This document shows positions 11,284 to 24,068 of a stretch of 64,000 bases of DNA, piece after piece. A program made the translations under genes and the position numbers. Source of the DNA: Eledone cirrhosa (Eukaryota); NCBI GenBank assembly GCA_964016885.1, contig OZ024741.1:299088001-299152000 (forward strand), given 5' to 3'. The notes beneath the pieces are model-generated. The model worked only from the letters and a program-made list of their open reading frames with translations. It was not told where the DNA came from and searched no databases. Each line of letters starts with the position of its first letter. Within the stretch, counting starts at the first letter, position 1.

Positions 11284-14200
11284 AATAATAATAATAAAAA
11301 TGATGATTTCATTTATTGGCCACAAGGGCCGACATATAGGGGACAATACAAAATACTGGGACAGTGGGGTTTTACAGAAAAATCGAGTAAACAATATGAA
11401 TAACAATAACAAAGTAACAATAAAAATAAAAGAAGAATTCACCAATAGGGGGATGACCAACCATGGTTCGCTCAGGTACCCCACCAATCCTGAACGACCC
11501 GACACTTCCAGAGCACCCGGGAAGGGCACCTCTCTCCTCCTGAAATTTACCCACCTACAGGCGCATGATGAGAGTAGGCCCAGTCAAACGGGCCATTGTC
11601 GCCAAATTCACCCACCTTTCAGCAAATATACTGGGGGACAGCACTTAGAGAGTGCTGGCAGCAAATGGACCGCCTCACCAACTGAACCTGACCCCTCCAC
11701 AAGAATCTGAAGAGGAGCCGTTCCAACTTGGCGAGGCGCGAACGTGGGCAAGGGACGACGGTCAGGTGGTAGTAGATGACGAACGCGATGTACGCATTTG
11801 CCACCCCCGCCCGACCTTTCAGTGATAGCTTCCTCTCAGCCTATTTCTGGGTGAGACTGGCTACCCTGCCCATCACCTAGTCCCAATTCTTATCCACCTG
11901 GAGGTCTGGCCCGAACCAAACTCCGAGCAACATTACCAGTCCGTCCGTCAAGCGTCCAACGACGATGTTGGACGGCATGGAGTTGCCTCTCCAGGTACCG
12001 AGTTGCAAGCCCACCGACTTTTCCAGGTTAAGTTTTGCTCCCATCAATCTTTCATATTCTTCCAATAAGTTGCCGACCACCTCTGAGGTGTCAGACACCA
12101 TCATGGTGATGTCGTCTACATAAGCCGACACAGCCTTTCCGCGTCCCAGTTCGAGCGGGATACCCTGCAACAGCTCCATCTTCCGCAGTAAAGGCTCGAG
12201 AGTTAATACTTTCAGAAGGGAGGAGAGAGGGCACCTTTGACGGGCCGATTGGGAGATCTGCAAAGGTTCCGAGAGGTGGCCATTGACTTTGACCACCGAG
12301 AAGATGCCGCTGTGCAGTTCAGTGATCCAGCTTCTGAAGAGGGGCCGAAGCAAGCCGCCTTGAGGACAGCCTCCAGGTAGCGATGGTCGATCATATCGAA
12401 TGCTTTCGATTGATCTAAATTGATCCAAGCCCCACCGAAGCCCGGTTTACACCAACCCTCTCTATGATGTATCGCATCAGGTGGAGATGGCGTGTATGGA
12501 CTTGGTTGGGATTGCGCAAGTATGCCCCCCCCCAACCAAAACCTCGACGACAAGCGCCAACCTATTCGCTAACAGCTTGGTCAAAATCTTAAACTCTGTG
12601 CAGAGTTATGGGCCTGAAATTGTCTAATGTGTCACTCTTGTTCTCGTCTTTCCTTATCAGCGTCATTATGCCTTGCTCACAGAACTGGGAATACTCCTGT
12701 TCTGCTGCCAGTTGCAGTAGAGCGCTTCGAGAAGATTAGAGAACAAATCTGGCATATATACGTAAAGCTCGTAAGGCAGGCCATCCAAACCGTGTGACTC
12801 GTGCCTCATGCAGCCGACAAGGGCATCCTGAATCTCGGGTGAAGTAATCGGCGTTTCGCACCGTTCAGCGTCGGTCGTCGAGATTTGCGGCAAGCCATCG
12901 AGGTAGAGACTGAAGTCCGCCACCGTCTCTGACCCGCCATTTCCCGTGAACAACCGAGCAAAATGTTGGCGAAAGGCCTCACACATCCGCTTGGAATCAC
13001 TCAGCTCGTGTCCGTCTCGGTCCATTAAAGACCGAATCATGGTTTTATTACCACCCTGCACCTCTTCCACGCGGGCCCATCGATCAGCTTTGGTTCCCTC
13101 GTTTCTCAGAGCACGCGCCTTAGCTCTGACAATGCAACCTTCGTGTTTCGCATTGAATAAATGATCTAATGCCATTCTCGCCGCTAGCACGTTAGTTGCA
13201 ATTCCACTGCAAATAGCCTCATACAACTTATCTACCAACCCCCCTTCTTTCTATTTGTCTCTAACGCTACTTCTTTGCTAAACGCTATCGACATTATTCT
13301 AATCTCTCTTTTGAGACCCCCCACGATCTATTTTTGACGACTTCCCCTGTCAACTTTGTCTTAACTAAATTGTTGACCTGGTCCCTGTAAGCCTTACGTG
13401 CCGGAAATGACATGTTTAGTTTCCAGTAACCAAGTCCTAACCTACGCGTCTTATCTGGGTCGACCATACAGATCACAAACTTGTGATCTGAATAGGCGAC
13501 CGTTTTAAAACGTGGACAGCTTACAATATTTCTTTCTATTTTCCTAATGAATATCCTGTCTATATACGATATGTATGACCCTATGCGGTTAGTCAAGGTC
13601 CACACTGGTGCATTAGGGAAATCTAGTCGGTACCTGTCAGACAGTTGGAACTAGCTGATCAGGTACTTGAGGCTTTTGCATCCCCCGCTCCTATCGGATA
13701 CTCCCACACAGTCCCAGCATGCGTCCAATATGCCGTTCCAGTCCCCCGCTAACAGTAAAGGGCGAGACGTACCTAGAAAGGCTTCCAGGTTTCTAAAGAA
13801 GTCCGACGGTCCTCTCCCAGTAGATGGCCACCAGTCTAAAGGCACCACCTTCGTTATTGCTCTTACCGGGTCCCGGAAGATCGACCTTACCTCGAGATCC
13901 AAGCCTTTCCTAAACAGGGGGCTAGTGCGCGCGTGTCGGAAATCCTGGTCTCGCTGACGGCAATTAAATCCATTTCTAGAGACCTGAGGTCATTGAGCGG
14001 GTGACCCTGCTTCCAGGACGATCCCAGGCCTCGTACATTTAAACTTCCTACTCTTAATACGGCCATGTTGGCAGGCTAAAAGACAGAGGAAAGTTTTACT
14101 TACCTTCCGGGCTCTTGTGAAGGTCGGGTGGTTCGACCTTTATAGTTGGGGGGGGGGGGGGCTTTAAAAGTCTTGAAGTGGGTTTTACGTTCGGGGTTCC

Positions 14201-15925
14201 CACGTCGCGAGGAAAGCTGTCTCGTATCTCTTTGTATAAATCGAGCGACATTCGCACCAGAAACAAATCTTCCGGCACGCGAAAAGTGCTCGATTTAAAA
14301 ATTGACCCTTCTTTTTGTATTTCTTCACTTTGTGCTATGAGGGCCATCAGTTCCTTGTTGGCCCTCCTGACGAGCACGAAGTTTTGTATGTTTTTTTGGT
14401 ATAATTTTATTTGTTTGCGTGGCTTTGGTGGTGATGGTTTTGATGGTTTTGTTTCGGTTGTGTCTGTGTTTGTTGCGAGTGCGGTGTCTGTGTTTTCAGA
14501 TGTTTGTGTGTGTATTTGTTCTTGAGTCCGTTTAGGTTGTTTGCGTTTGGGAGATTATAGTGATGGTGATGGTGGTGTTGATGTTGGTGTTGTTGGGAAG
14601 ATGTTTGCGTGGGTGGTGTTTGCATTTTTTATTGTGGGTGTTTTTGTGCTTTGGGTTTTTAGATTTTTGTGTTTCCTTTCTTGTATTTTGGGGGATTTTG
14701 GTTTTTCCTCATCTTCACTACTGGTAGATGAGGGCTCTGTGTCTGTAAGTGTGTATGTGTCTGTGTGTGTGTTTATGTTTTTATTGATGTGTGTATTTTT
14801 GGTGGGAGGGGGAATTTGACAACTTACCTCGTTTCCCCCCTGGTTGGTCAATGTTGGTGGTGGTCTTTCTATTGGTGTTGTTGCTGGTGGTTTTGCCGGT
14901 GCTGGTGATGGTTGTGGTCCTCGCCACGATGTCGGCAGCAGTGGAGCTCATCGACCCCTTCCATCTTTCAGCAGTTGAGAGCAGAAGGCTCGCAAATGGG
15001 TTTTTCCCCTCAAACAAAACAATGCGGTCTTTTACCCTCGGTCATAATGTGAATGACCGGACCAGTCCTCTCTGGCAGTTCTTGTTACTTTTATCGGGAC
15101 AGTATCCGTCCCCGCCACAATCACACATCCCAGAAGCCACCACATGTCAAGTCCTGGTGGGATTCTGGGAATGCGGAGACGGGCCGTTCTTTTTCCCATG
15201 AGGGAGGGTAAATTATGACCTTGCTGGTTTTTAGGGTGTCATAGCGTGTTTCTTAGCGAGCGCTTCTGACTTAAACATCACCGAAATAGTGCCCTATTTT
15301 CTGCCCCTCGCTATGTATTCGGTGTCTTCTCTGATGCACCTCAGCGTGACTTCGACATCTGCTTGTGCAATTAAAGCTGCTCATTTGGTTTGTGCTGAGA
15401 TGCATCTGCCATGCACCGTTCTGCGCTCCACTGCTTCAATAGCTTCTACCCGGACAGTTAAGTTGGCCGAGGTTTGCTCTTGCTTGATGAGCTTCCAGGC
15501 CTGGGTCAACTGTTCATCTTTGTTTGAGAGGTCCTTGCTGAAGCATGGCCTATTTTTGGCTGCTGCCGCAGCGAAAGTGTTCTTATTGTTGTCGTTGGTG
15601 TTGTTGTTGTTGTCGTTGTTATTATTGGTGTTGTTGCTGTTATCACTGTTGCTGTAAATCATTGTTGTCTTTGGGGCCGCCGTTGTTGTTGTTTTCGGTG
15701 CAGTTGGTATTGTTGCTTTTGGTGCTGTCGCTGTTTATGTTCTGGTTAGTGGTGTTAATTTCGTTGTTGTTTTCGTTGATATTGTTGCTGCTGCTACTGT
15801 TATTGCTGTTGTTGTGGTTGTCACTGTTGTTGATATTGTTGTCTTTGTTGTCGTTCTTTCTGTTCTTGGTGTTGTTGTCATTATTGCACTCGATGTTGGT
15901 TTTGCTGTCGTTGTTGCTGGTGCAA
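11284..15925 (-). mobile_element. Tx1-like LINE, decayed: ORF1 (about 14096-15925), ORF2 APE-RT starting at ATG 14066, deletion near 11630, (ATT)n tail
   Basis: GDWN, YIDRIF, SDHK, GYWKLN, GLDGLPYELY, LDQSKAFD, RQRCPLS, AYVDD motifs across minus ORFs. Confidence 0.92.
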
Positions 15926-15929
15926 CAAC

Positions 15930-16085
15930 CGAAAAACAATAAATTCCACAAAGAGAGGAAATGTCTTCTAATTGATGTATCGATCCCATCAGACGACAAT
16001 ATATCAAATGGAGTTGTTACCTAACTATAAAGATCTAGAGATAGAAAACAATGTCGATGATAAAATCTGAAACATCCGTCTTTGA
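15930..16085 (+). mobile_element. R4/Dong restriction-like endonuclease fragment
   Basis: HKERKCLLIDVSIPSDDNI followed by DLEIE. Confidence 0.65.
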
Positions 16086-16336
16086 TAATAGGTGCATTTG
16101 AAACGTTGAAAAATAAAATACACATACAAACACATATATAGGTAGATAACCAAATTACCTGCACTTACAAATACATACAGCATGCAGAAAATATATTTTT
16201 TTTTAGAAATAACATCACTAAAATCACCCTTGTATATAACCAACGCACAGAGATGTGTGCTTGGTAACGTATGCAATGAAAATAACACCAAGTCACTGCA
16301 CACATATTAGGAAGAGTACTCTCAATACAATAGAAA

Positions 16337-16420
16337 TAATTGTTTCTACTTTTGGCACAAGGCCAGCAAAGAACCCAGTACATTACTGGTACTTTATTTT
16401 ATCGACCCCGTAAGGATGAA
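16337..16420 (-). mobile_element. 5'-truncated main SINE
   Basis: 3' half of the consensus only. Confidence 0.85.
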
Positions 16421-16584
16421 ATACAATAGAAATAATAACACCAAAAACAACACTGTATATATATATATACAAAGCATAGAGAGCTCTGCTGGATAATGCA
16501 GTAACGACACGCAAAGAATCTAAGACAGCTGCTGCAGCAGCAGCAGTAGCAAAAACAACAACAACAACAACAACAGCGGCAGCA

Positions 16585-16639
<55 letters not shown>

Positions 16640-17987
16640 TCAGTAGCTGATAATTCTCCAAGTACGTCTTCTCGCTTTCCTCTTGACTAAAGGCAATAAC
16701 TCAATGATCTGGAGAAAAGCAACACCGATAGATTCTACAGATGTCCATGAACTGCCCACTGTTCTGTTGTCTTTGAAAATATCTCAACTTTAAACCATGC
16801 ATGTATTCGACAATTGAATGTTAATTGAAGGAAAATATTGAATAATCTCTGTCGTATTCAGTTACGAAATAATATTACTCTTGATTTACATCCCACTCCT
16901 AAAAAATATTTTTAAACTTAAAAAGATGAAGATAAAACTGTTCATATTAGTTAAAATCGAATTCATGTTGATTTAAATGCTAAATATTGCCAACAATAAA
17001 ATAAAATAACCTTCAATTTCTCGATTTCTCGGTAGAAACTAAAAATAGTATGGCGAGAGTTATAGTTTAAGATCACTCGAGAATTGAAAATGTTGATGCC
17101 TGAGAAATATGGAAAGAATTATAATTTAATCTTAACTCTTTTTGCTATGTATGGTTTGTATAATACAACTGTCAAGTGATAGAAATGCCTAAAGATTATA
17201 ATACATACAAGAAAATCTTCGAAAATCTATACAACTTGCCGTTTTTCTTCATTCCTAAATTCATGAAGTAACTCGAAAACTAATATATTATTTAATATAA
17301 AGAGAAATATAATTATATGATTATTGCATTCCACACTCCACGCTGAAAAATCTCCTAGAATGCACATCGTTCAAGGTAAAAAAAAACGAGAAAAAATAGA
17401 ATCTCTTAAGAAATTTGAAAACGACTGACATTAGAATAATACTAAAAAATTCAGTTTCAAAGTGGAATTTTTGTAAAATATTTTGAAGTTTCGCGTACAA
17501 TTCTATAGGCAACAATAAGAGTTATATATACGAATCTACAGACAAAGATTCCAAACAACTATATGTCCACAGATAGCAAGAACCTGTTCGTACTAGCGAG
17601 GGAACTCATAATTAGTGACTCGCCTTACTAGAAATACCAGCCAAATCTCCCCCACATCAATTTGATAGTCTTAAAAAGGGAGACATATCTATTGTTACAG
17701 ACACCTTAGGCTATATGGCTAAATAAGAGCTAAATAAATAAAGCACTATCAACAACTTATAATTCTAGAAATCTATTGTTTTAATAGAATAAAGATGCAT
17801 TGAATAATCTATTTCCGGATATACTAAGTCTGAAAATGAAATGTAACCCATAACGGTCAATTGATAGAATGTCTATTGTATCAGAGTTGATCTCGGCCAT
17901 AACATCAATTCGAAAAACTAGAAAGCATATTCACCAACAAAATAATAATAAGCAACACACACTATAACTATTAAAATCAACTATAAC

Positions 17988-18366
17988 AATTGTTTCTACT
18001 TTTGGCACAAGGCCAGCAATTATCTCAGTGCATTACTAGTACTTTATTTTATCGACCCCGTAAGGATGAAAGGCAAAGTTAACCTCGGCGGGATTTGAAC
18101 TCAGAATGGCAAGGGCCGTAACTCTATGCATCAACGCATGACGTCCGACCCTCTACCGATACTGCCAATCCACATAATAATTGTTTCTACTTTTGGCACC
18201 AGGCTAGCAATTGTCCCAGTGCATTACTGGTACTTTATTTTATAGACCCCGTAAGGATGAACGGCAAAGTTAACCTCGGCGGGATTAGAACTCAGATCAT
18301 AAAGGGAGGTAAGTCTATGCTTCAAAGCATGGCGCCCGACCCTCTACCGATACTGCCAATCCACCG
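17988..18366 (-). mobile_element. Two tandem main SINEs (17988-18172, 18175-18366)
   Basis: Two full consensus matches head-to-tail. Confidence 0.93.
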
Positions 18367-18392
18367 CAATGTGTGCATATTTATGTACCTGA

Positions 18393-18720
18393 ATGCGTAT
18401 GACTTAGTGCTAAGAGCGTTGTGCTTGCAATCATGAGGTTGTGAGTTAGATTCTTGCACCGGGTTTTGCGATGTGTCTTGAACAAGTGACTTTATTCCAC
18501 GTTGCTACAGTATACTCAGCTGTAAAAATGAGTTGCGACGTCACTGGTGCCAAGCTCTATCGGCCATTGCCTTTCCCTTGGACAAAACCAGTTGAGACTG
18601 GTTTGCATGGGCGATTGCCGGTCTTCCACAAACAAACTTGTCCGGCCCTGTGCCTCAGAGGAGAACTTTCTAGGAACAAATCCCAAGGTCATTGGTAACC
18701 GAAGGTGGTCTTTACCCTTT
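18393..18720 (+). mobile_element. Second tRNA-derived SINE family
   Basis: tRNA-like head, then CTTGAACAAG..ACTTTATTCCACGTTGCTACAGTATACTCAGCTGTAAAAATG; related copies at 36075-36375 and 37440-37692. Confidence 0.8.
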
Positions 18721-19289
18721 TATATATTTGTCCGTCAAGCACTAAAAGGGAGATGGCTGAGGAAGAAAGAGGGTGGTGAAAAACTATAGAAAACAGCGAC
18801 CAACATTCTAAGATTGTACAGTTGTGTGTGTTTATGTAGTGAACTGGCTTCACACATTGGTTATTATAATTGTGTTAGTTGGTGTGTGTCTACGTGTCTT
18901 GTGTGAGTGTATGTGTGTGAATATACAATATATTATCTTGGTTATCTATGTTAGTTGCGGATAGTTTATCCACAGAAATGTTTGTAATAAAAGAATTATT
19001 AAACTAAAAACCTGGTTTTATCCCTTTATATATATAAAATACTACAATTTAAATATATAAAATACAATTAGCCTTCATTTTAGCCGGTACTGGACCAGCT
19101 AGTAATGTATACGAGCCAAATTAATTTCTAAAATATACAGAAACAATTGAAAACCAACATAATTCATATGGAAAATAATTAGACCAAATGATGGAGGCAT
19201 TTTAAACTATAAGCGAAAAAATACAGATTAAAAATGACACGTAATTTTTAGAAAATCGAAAAATAAATTTCATCATTTACTACTTCCAG

Positions 19290-19327
19290 CCAGTGAGCTG
19301 TAGACGTAATTGGTACAGAACCAATAG
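19290..19327 (+). CDS. Putative 38-nt internal exon (PVSCRRNWYRTN-)
   Basis: Acceptor tttactacttccag, donor AG|gtaagt; open in phase 0, compatible with the exon at 3725-3847. Confidence 0.5.
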
Positions 19328-20471
19328 GTAAGTACATGAAGGAGAAATAAAAAAAATATATTTAAAACAGAAATTTATGCAATAAATCTTGTTTAAGACA
19401 CATCGACTAAGGACATACAAGTAGACAACGCGAGCGAAATAAAAAATAATCTACTCGACGAAAATGCGTAAGTAGAAATTGCAAACTGTCAGGCAAAAGA
19501 ATTTCTGGAAATTGATAATAAGGGAAAGAGAATCGCATAAAAAATATCTAAATGAATTGAGGAGTTGATATATTTATAAGTACACGTAAAAAACGTTGGA
19601 ATTAAGTGTAAAGGTGAAATATATTTAACCGGCAATAGTACATATGGTTGTATTTCAATGAAGAAGATAATATTTAATATTTAATGAAGTCATCTGTTCT
19701 ATAAGTGGCTTAATAGTTAGAGTGGTTCATTCACAATCATCAATCAATCAAGCTTCGATACTTGCATCGTTAAGTTCTTGAACAAAATACTTTATTTCAT
19801 ACTGCTTTTCACAGTAAGACTTACACCGAGTAGATAATGGCAACAATGGAAACATTGTTTATATGGTCCACTTTGATGGTCGGCTCCATTATTTAAACAT
19901 ATCTAGAGTAGACATTTTCTCAACTCCTTTTGTAAGTTTATATGTACGGCGCAAAGATTAATTAACATTTGCCAAGTTATTATATTCCATATCCACGCGA
20001 CATAGTATTTAAGGTGTTCAACTCACGGTTGTGAGTTTGATTCTCGGAGGCACGTTATGGCTTTGAGTCATTTTATGTGGCTCCAGGTCATTCAGTTGGT
20101 GAACATGAATCGTATCGCTAATTCAAAGAACTAGCAATGCCCAACACTGTGTTACGCTGTATATCGTTGATAATTTCATTGAAGGTACTTTTATGATTAG
20201 GCAGATCCAGGGCCCACATGAACTGGGACATACGTCGTCCGATTTGGTGGAGATCCAACATGATACTTAGGTAAGATCGTACTGTATGTGTATGTAGCAT
20301 GCAGTATGCTCTCCTGAGGTATTTTTCTTCAGCTCCATTGTTGATAATTAATCATAGTCATTCTCAACTATTTCTATATTTGCTGATGAGATTAAACAAT
20401 AGGAAAACTTGCCACGAGCTGGTTTTAGTAAAAAAAATCCTCTTCCAACAGCATTGTATGTATGTATGTAT

Positions 20472-21432
20472 GTCGGGTCACTCGTGAGTGCTACTGGTAA
20501 CATGTAACCCAGTACAACCTGTCGCATGGTCGGGTCGTCGACGACTATACCGGCAACCCCACTAAGTGAGGAGGCTGATTTTGGACACCCTGCAGGACAA
20601 AACACAAAACCTGACAAAGGGCGGAAGAACTCATGAGAGTCAACGGCCATCCGAAAGTGTGTAAATATGTATATACATATGTACCGCGCGGTTAAACGAC
20701 TGGGAGTGAAGGACCCCTAGCCTTTGTCAGGGCATTCTTCCAGGAGAAGGCAACTCAGGAAACTAGGATAACTCCGATTATAAAACCTGCGGCTCAGTAG
20801 TCACCGATGATGTTGATCTTTTCTTCTTTTCGGGTTATAGCTCAGAGAGTAGGAATTGGCTCAGTGCACAGTCTTTCCTCACTTAAAAAAATATATTCAC
20901 GCACAGGCATTGCCCGATAGAATTAATTAATAATTATTAATAATGGTATATGGTGCAATGGCCATACTCGATAACGAGGGGCAGCCATCATGTATGTATG
21001 TATGAATGATAGGTCGCTCTTCAGCGCTACTGGCAACATGTAACCCAGTACAACCTGTGCATCGTCGCGTCGTCTGCGACTAAACTGGCAACTCTACAAA
21101 GCTTGCTTGGTGAGTAGGATGATTTTGGATACCCTGCGGGATGAAAAACAAAGCCTGTCAAAGGCCGGGGAAAATTAGGATAGTCAAATGCCATCCATTA
21201 AAGTATGTACATATGAATTCAGTTGTTAAGGAGAGCATTGGAGTGTGTGACCCCCTAGGCTTCATTAAGACATCTCTCTAGCAGAAGCTCCCTTTGATGC
21301 AAAACCTGCGACTTGGTTTGCATTCAATGATGTAGAACAACTCTACGTTTTGTGTCAATGAATTCGATGTTCAGCGATGGCGATTGACCCCGTGCAAAAC
21401 CTTTCCTCACTTAAAAATCTTTCAAGCACAGG
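20472..21432 (+). repeat. Two diverged tandem copies (20472-20930, 21010-21432) of a repeat resembling an RTE 5' UTR
   Basis: Shared blocks GCTACTGG.AACATGTAACCCAGTACAACCTGT, GATTTTGGA.ACCCTGC, AAAACCTGCG and CTTTCCTCACTTAAAAA; both follow (TATG)n. RTE assignment is from recalled motif resemblance only. Confidence 0.6.
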
Positions 21433-21592
21433 AAACCATTTATATGTGACATTTTGCATTGCAGGGCATGGCTGGTCGTAGCCGGCAAGAATGTGCAAGT
21501 CCCTAGCAGGCCTAACAAACCACGTCCGTGCTACTCATGCTTAAGTATCAAGCGATGGCATTACTCGAAATCGCATTGCACCAATCATTCTC

Positions 21593-21654
<62 letters not shown>

Positions 21655-22582
21655 TATATGTGTATGTGTGTGTGTGGGGGGGGGCATGTGTGTGTGAAGT
21701 ATTTATTTATAGGATCAATGATATTCGAAATCAACAGTTTCAACCAATATCTATCTCCGAAGAGTTAAGTAATTCGCATGTAAAAGAGAGTTGTTTGGAA
21801 TTACCCTTCTTCGTTCAACGTTCCAGAGTTGTTAGGAGAATATTGCGTTTGTTGTTTTCCAATCAGGCAAAAGAATCGGAAAGAAGACTTTCCTTTAACC
21901 AATAACTTAGCTTTGTCAATATAACAACTTCATTGAAGTTTGACCATTGTGTATATATAATACGTTAATGTCTAACTTCAATGCCAAATCCTTTACGTTC
22001 TGGTATATTATCTACTTAGATTTGAAGTTTCGCTTAAACTTGGCATGAAACAGCTATGATTGTCATATATGATGTTATGGGACACGCTAAATTATTTGTT
22101 TTCATTCCACTCGCTGCAGCTTTTATAAGATGATACTGATTTCAAACAGATGCAAAAACTACTTTTATGAGATAGGAGTCGTCTAGTTTACTGCACATAC
22201 ATATTAGTATATTACAAGTTCTGTCTAATTTATTGATCTATGTAAGGAGAAATATCTAAATTCGATGGGAACCTTGATGGACCAAAAATAAAAAAAACAG
22301 ATTAACCCCATTGATACCAAAATACCTGAAACCTCTCCTGGCTCTATGATACAAAACTTTTCTAAGCTCATCTAAAACCATTCCGTCATGATTTTATTTA
22401 AGAACCTTTATTAAATTATATTCCAGACAGCAACTTAATAATAAGTTAGTTATTTTACTAAATCTTTCCAAATTCTTGATTATTCTCAAACGGGTTTGAA
22501 GATCTAGGGTAATGTATGAAATAAAAAATATAGTAATGAAAAGGCTCAATAACTTAGTCCGGGATTCAAACAGACACACACA

Positions 22583-22619
<37 letters not shown>

Positions 22620-22621
<2 letters not shown>

Positions 22622-22734
22622 GCAAAAAAATCAAAACAGAAATAACAAAGCAAATGACACAGTACAATAAAGAAATATATTAGTCTTACGCTTGATATAG
22701 TAGGAAAAGATCTTAACGTGTCGGACGCTAGTCC

Positions 22735-22738
<4 letters not shown>
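22620..22738 (-). mobile_element. PLE 3'-end fragment with truncated, mutated hammerhead (22708-22738)
   Basis: Minus strand TGA-A-GGAC-TAGC-GTCC-GACA-CG-TT; 5' core cut off by (GT)n, GAAA changed to GACA; ends in TA repeat. Confidence 0.5.
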
Positions 22739-22814
<76 letters not shown>

Positions 22815-22884
22815 CATATGATATAGTATTATATATCTCGGCAATTTTACCCGCCCTAGATAGATAACATTATATTATTGCATA

Positions 22885-23452
22885 AGGCGGTGGATTGGCA
22901 GTATCGGTGGAGGGTCGGACGCCATGCTTTCCAGCATAGTTACGTCCCTTTACGATCTGAGTTCAAATCCCGTCGAGGTTGACTTTGCCTGTCATCCTTA
23001 CGGGGTCGATAAAATAAAGTACCAGTAATGCACTGGGTAATTGCTGGCCTTGTGCCTAAAGTAGAAACAATTATATTATTGAATTGGCAGTATCGGTAGA
23101 GGGTCGGACATGCTTTCCAGCATAGTTACGATCTGAGTTCAAATCCGGCTGGGGATAACTTTGCCTTTCATCCTTACAAGGTCGATAAAATAAAGTACCA
23201 GTAATGTGCTGGGTTATTGCTGGCTGTGTGCCTAATATAGAAACAATTATATTATTGTCTCGGGCGGTGATTTGGCAGTATCGGTAGAGGGTCGGATGCT
23301 ATGCTTTGACGCATGGAGTTACGGCCCTATCCATACGGAGTTGAAATCCCGCCAAGGTTAACTTTGCCTTTCATCCTTACAGGGTCGATGAAATAAAGTA
23401 CCAGTAATGCACTGGTTAATTGCCGGCCTTGTGCCAAATGTAAAAACAATTA
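22885..23452 (+). mobile_element. Three tandem main SINEs
   Basis: Copies at about 22885-23072, 23083-23249 and 23262-23452, each followed by ATTATATT. Confidence 0.93.
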
Positions 23453-23749
23453 TATTCTTCTTTCGTACTGATTTCAACCATGGGTCTGTCTCTATGCGGG
23501 ATTCATTATAATTCATTTTATTGATTTAATTAGAACGAAATGCATCGTGGATAATGAAGTATAATTTGATAGCTTGGTCAGACATAATTACCTAAATGTA
23601 TTTCTCTTTTGTGCCTTCCAACCACTCTCAACGTAGACGCGTTTATGGACCCATAATATGGTCATGCTAAACGCTCAGGTCCTGAGATAATTATGGTATT
23701 ATAAGGGCTTAAAATACTCAAAGCGAGAGTATTTATATTTGTATTATAC

Positions 23750-23940
23750 ATAATTGTTTCTACTTTTGGCACAAGGCCAGCAATTATCCAGTGCATTACT
23801 GGTACTTTATTTTATCGACCCCGTAAGGATGAAAGGTAAAGTTAACCTCGGCGGGATTTGAACTCAGAATGGCAAGGGCCGTAACTCTATGTTAGAAAGC
23901 TTGGCGTCCGACTCTCTACCGATACTGCCAATCCACCACC
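23750..23940 (-). mobile_element. Main SINE
   Basis: Full consensus match. Confidence 0.92.
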
Positions 23941-24036
23941 ATTTGTATCATACATAATCATATTTTATAAGGGTCGATATACGCTTCTATTCTGAACCTC
24001 GTTGTATTAGTATTTTATATATAGATATATATAGAT

Positions 24037-24067
<31 letters not shown>

Positions 24068-24068
<1 letters not shown>

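Noticed and set aside
22885-23452. Regularly repeated units suggesting a CRISPR-like array
   Set aside because: They are tandem SINEs of about 190 bp in eukaryotic DNA; no spacers or cas genes.
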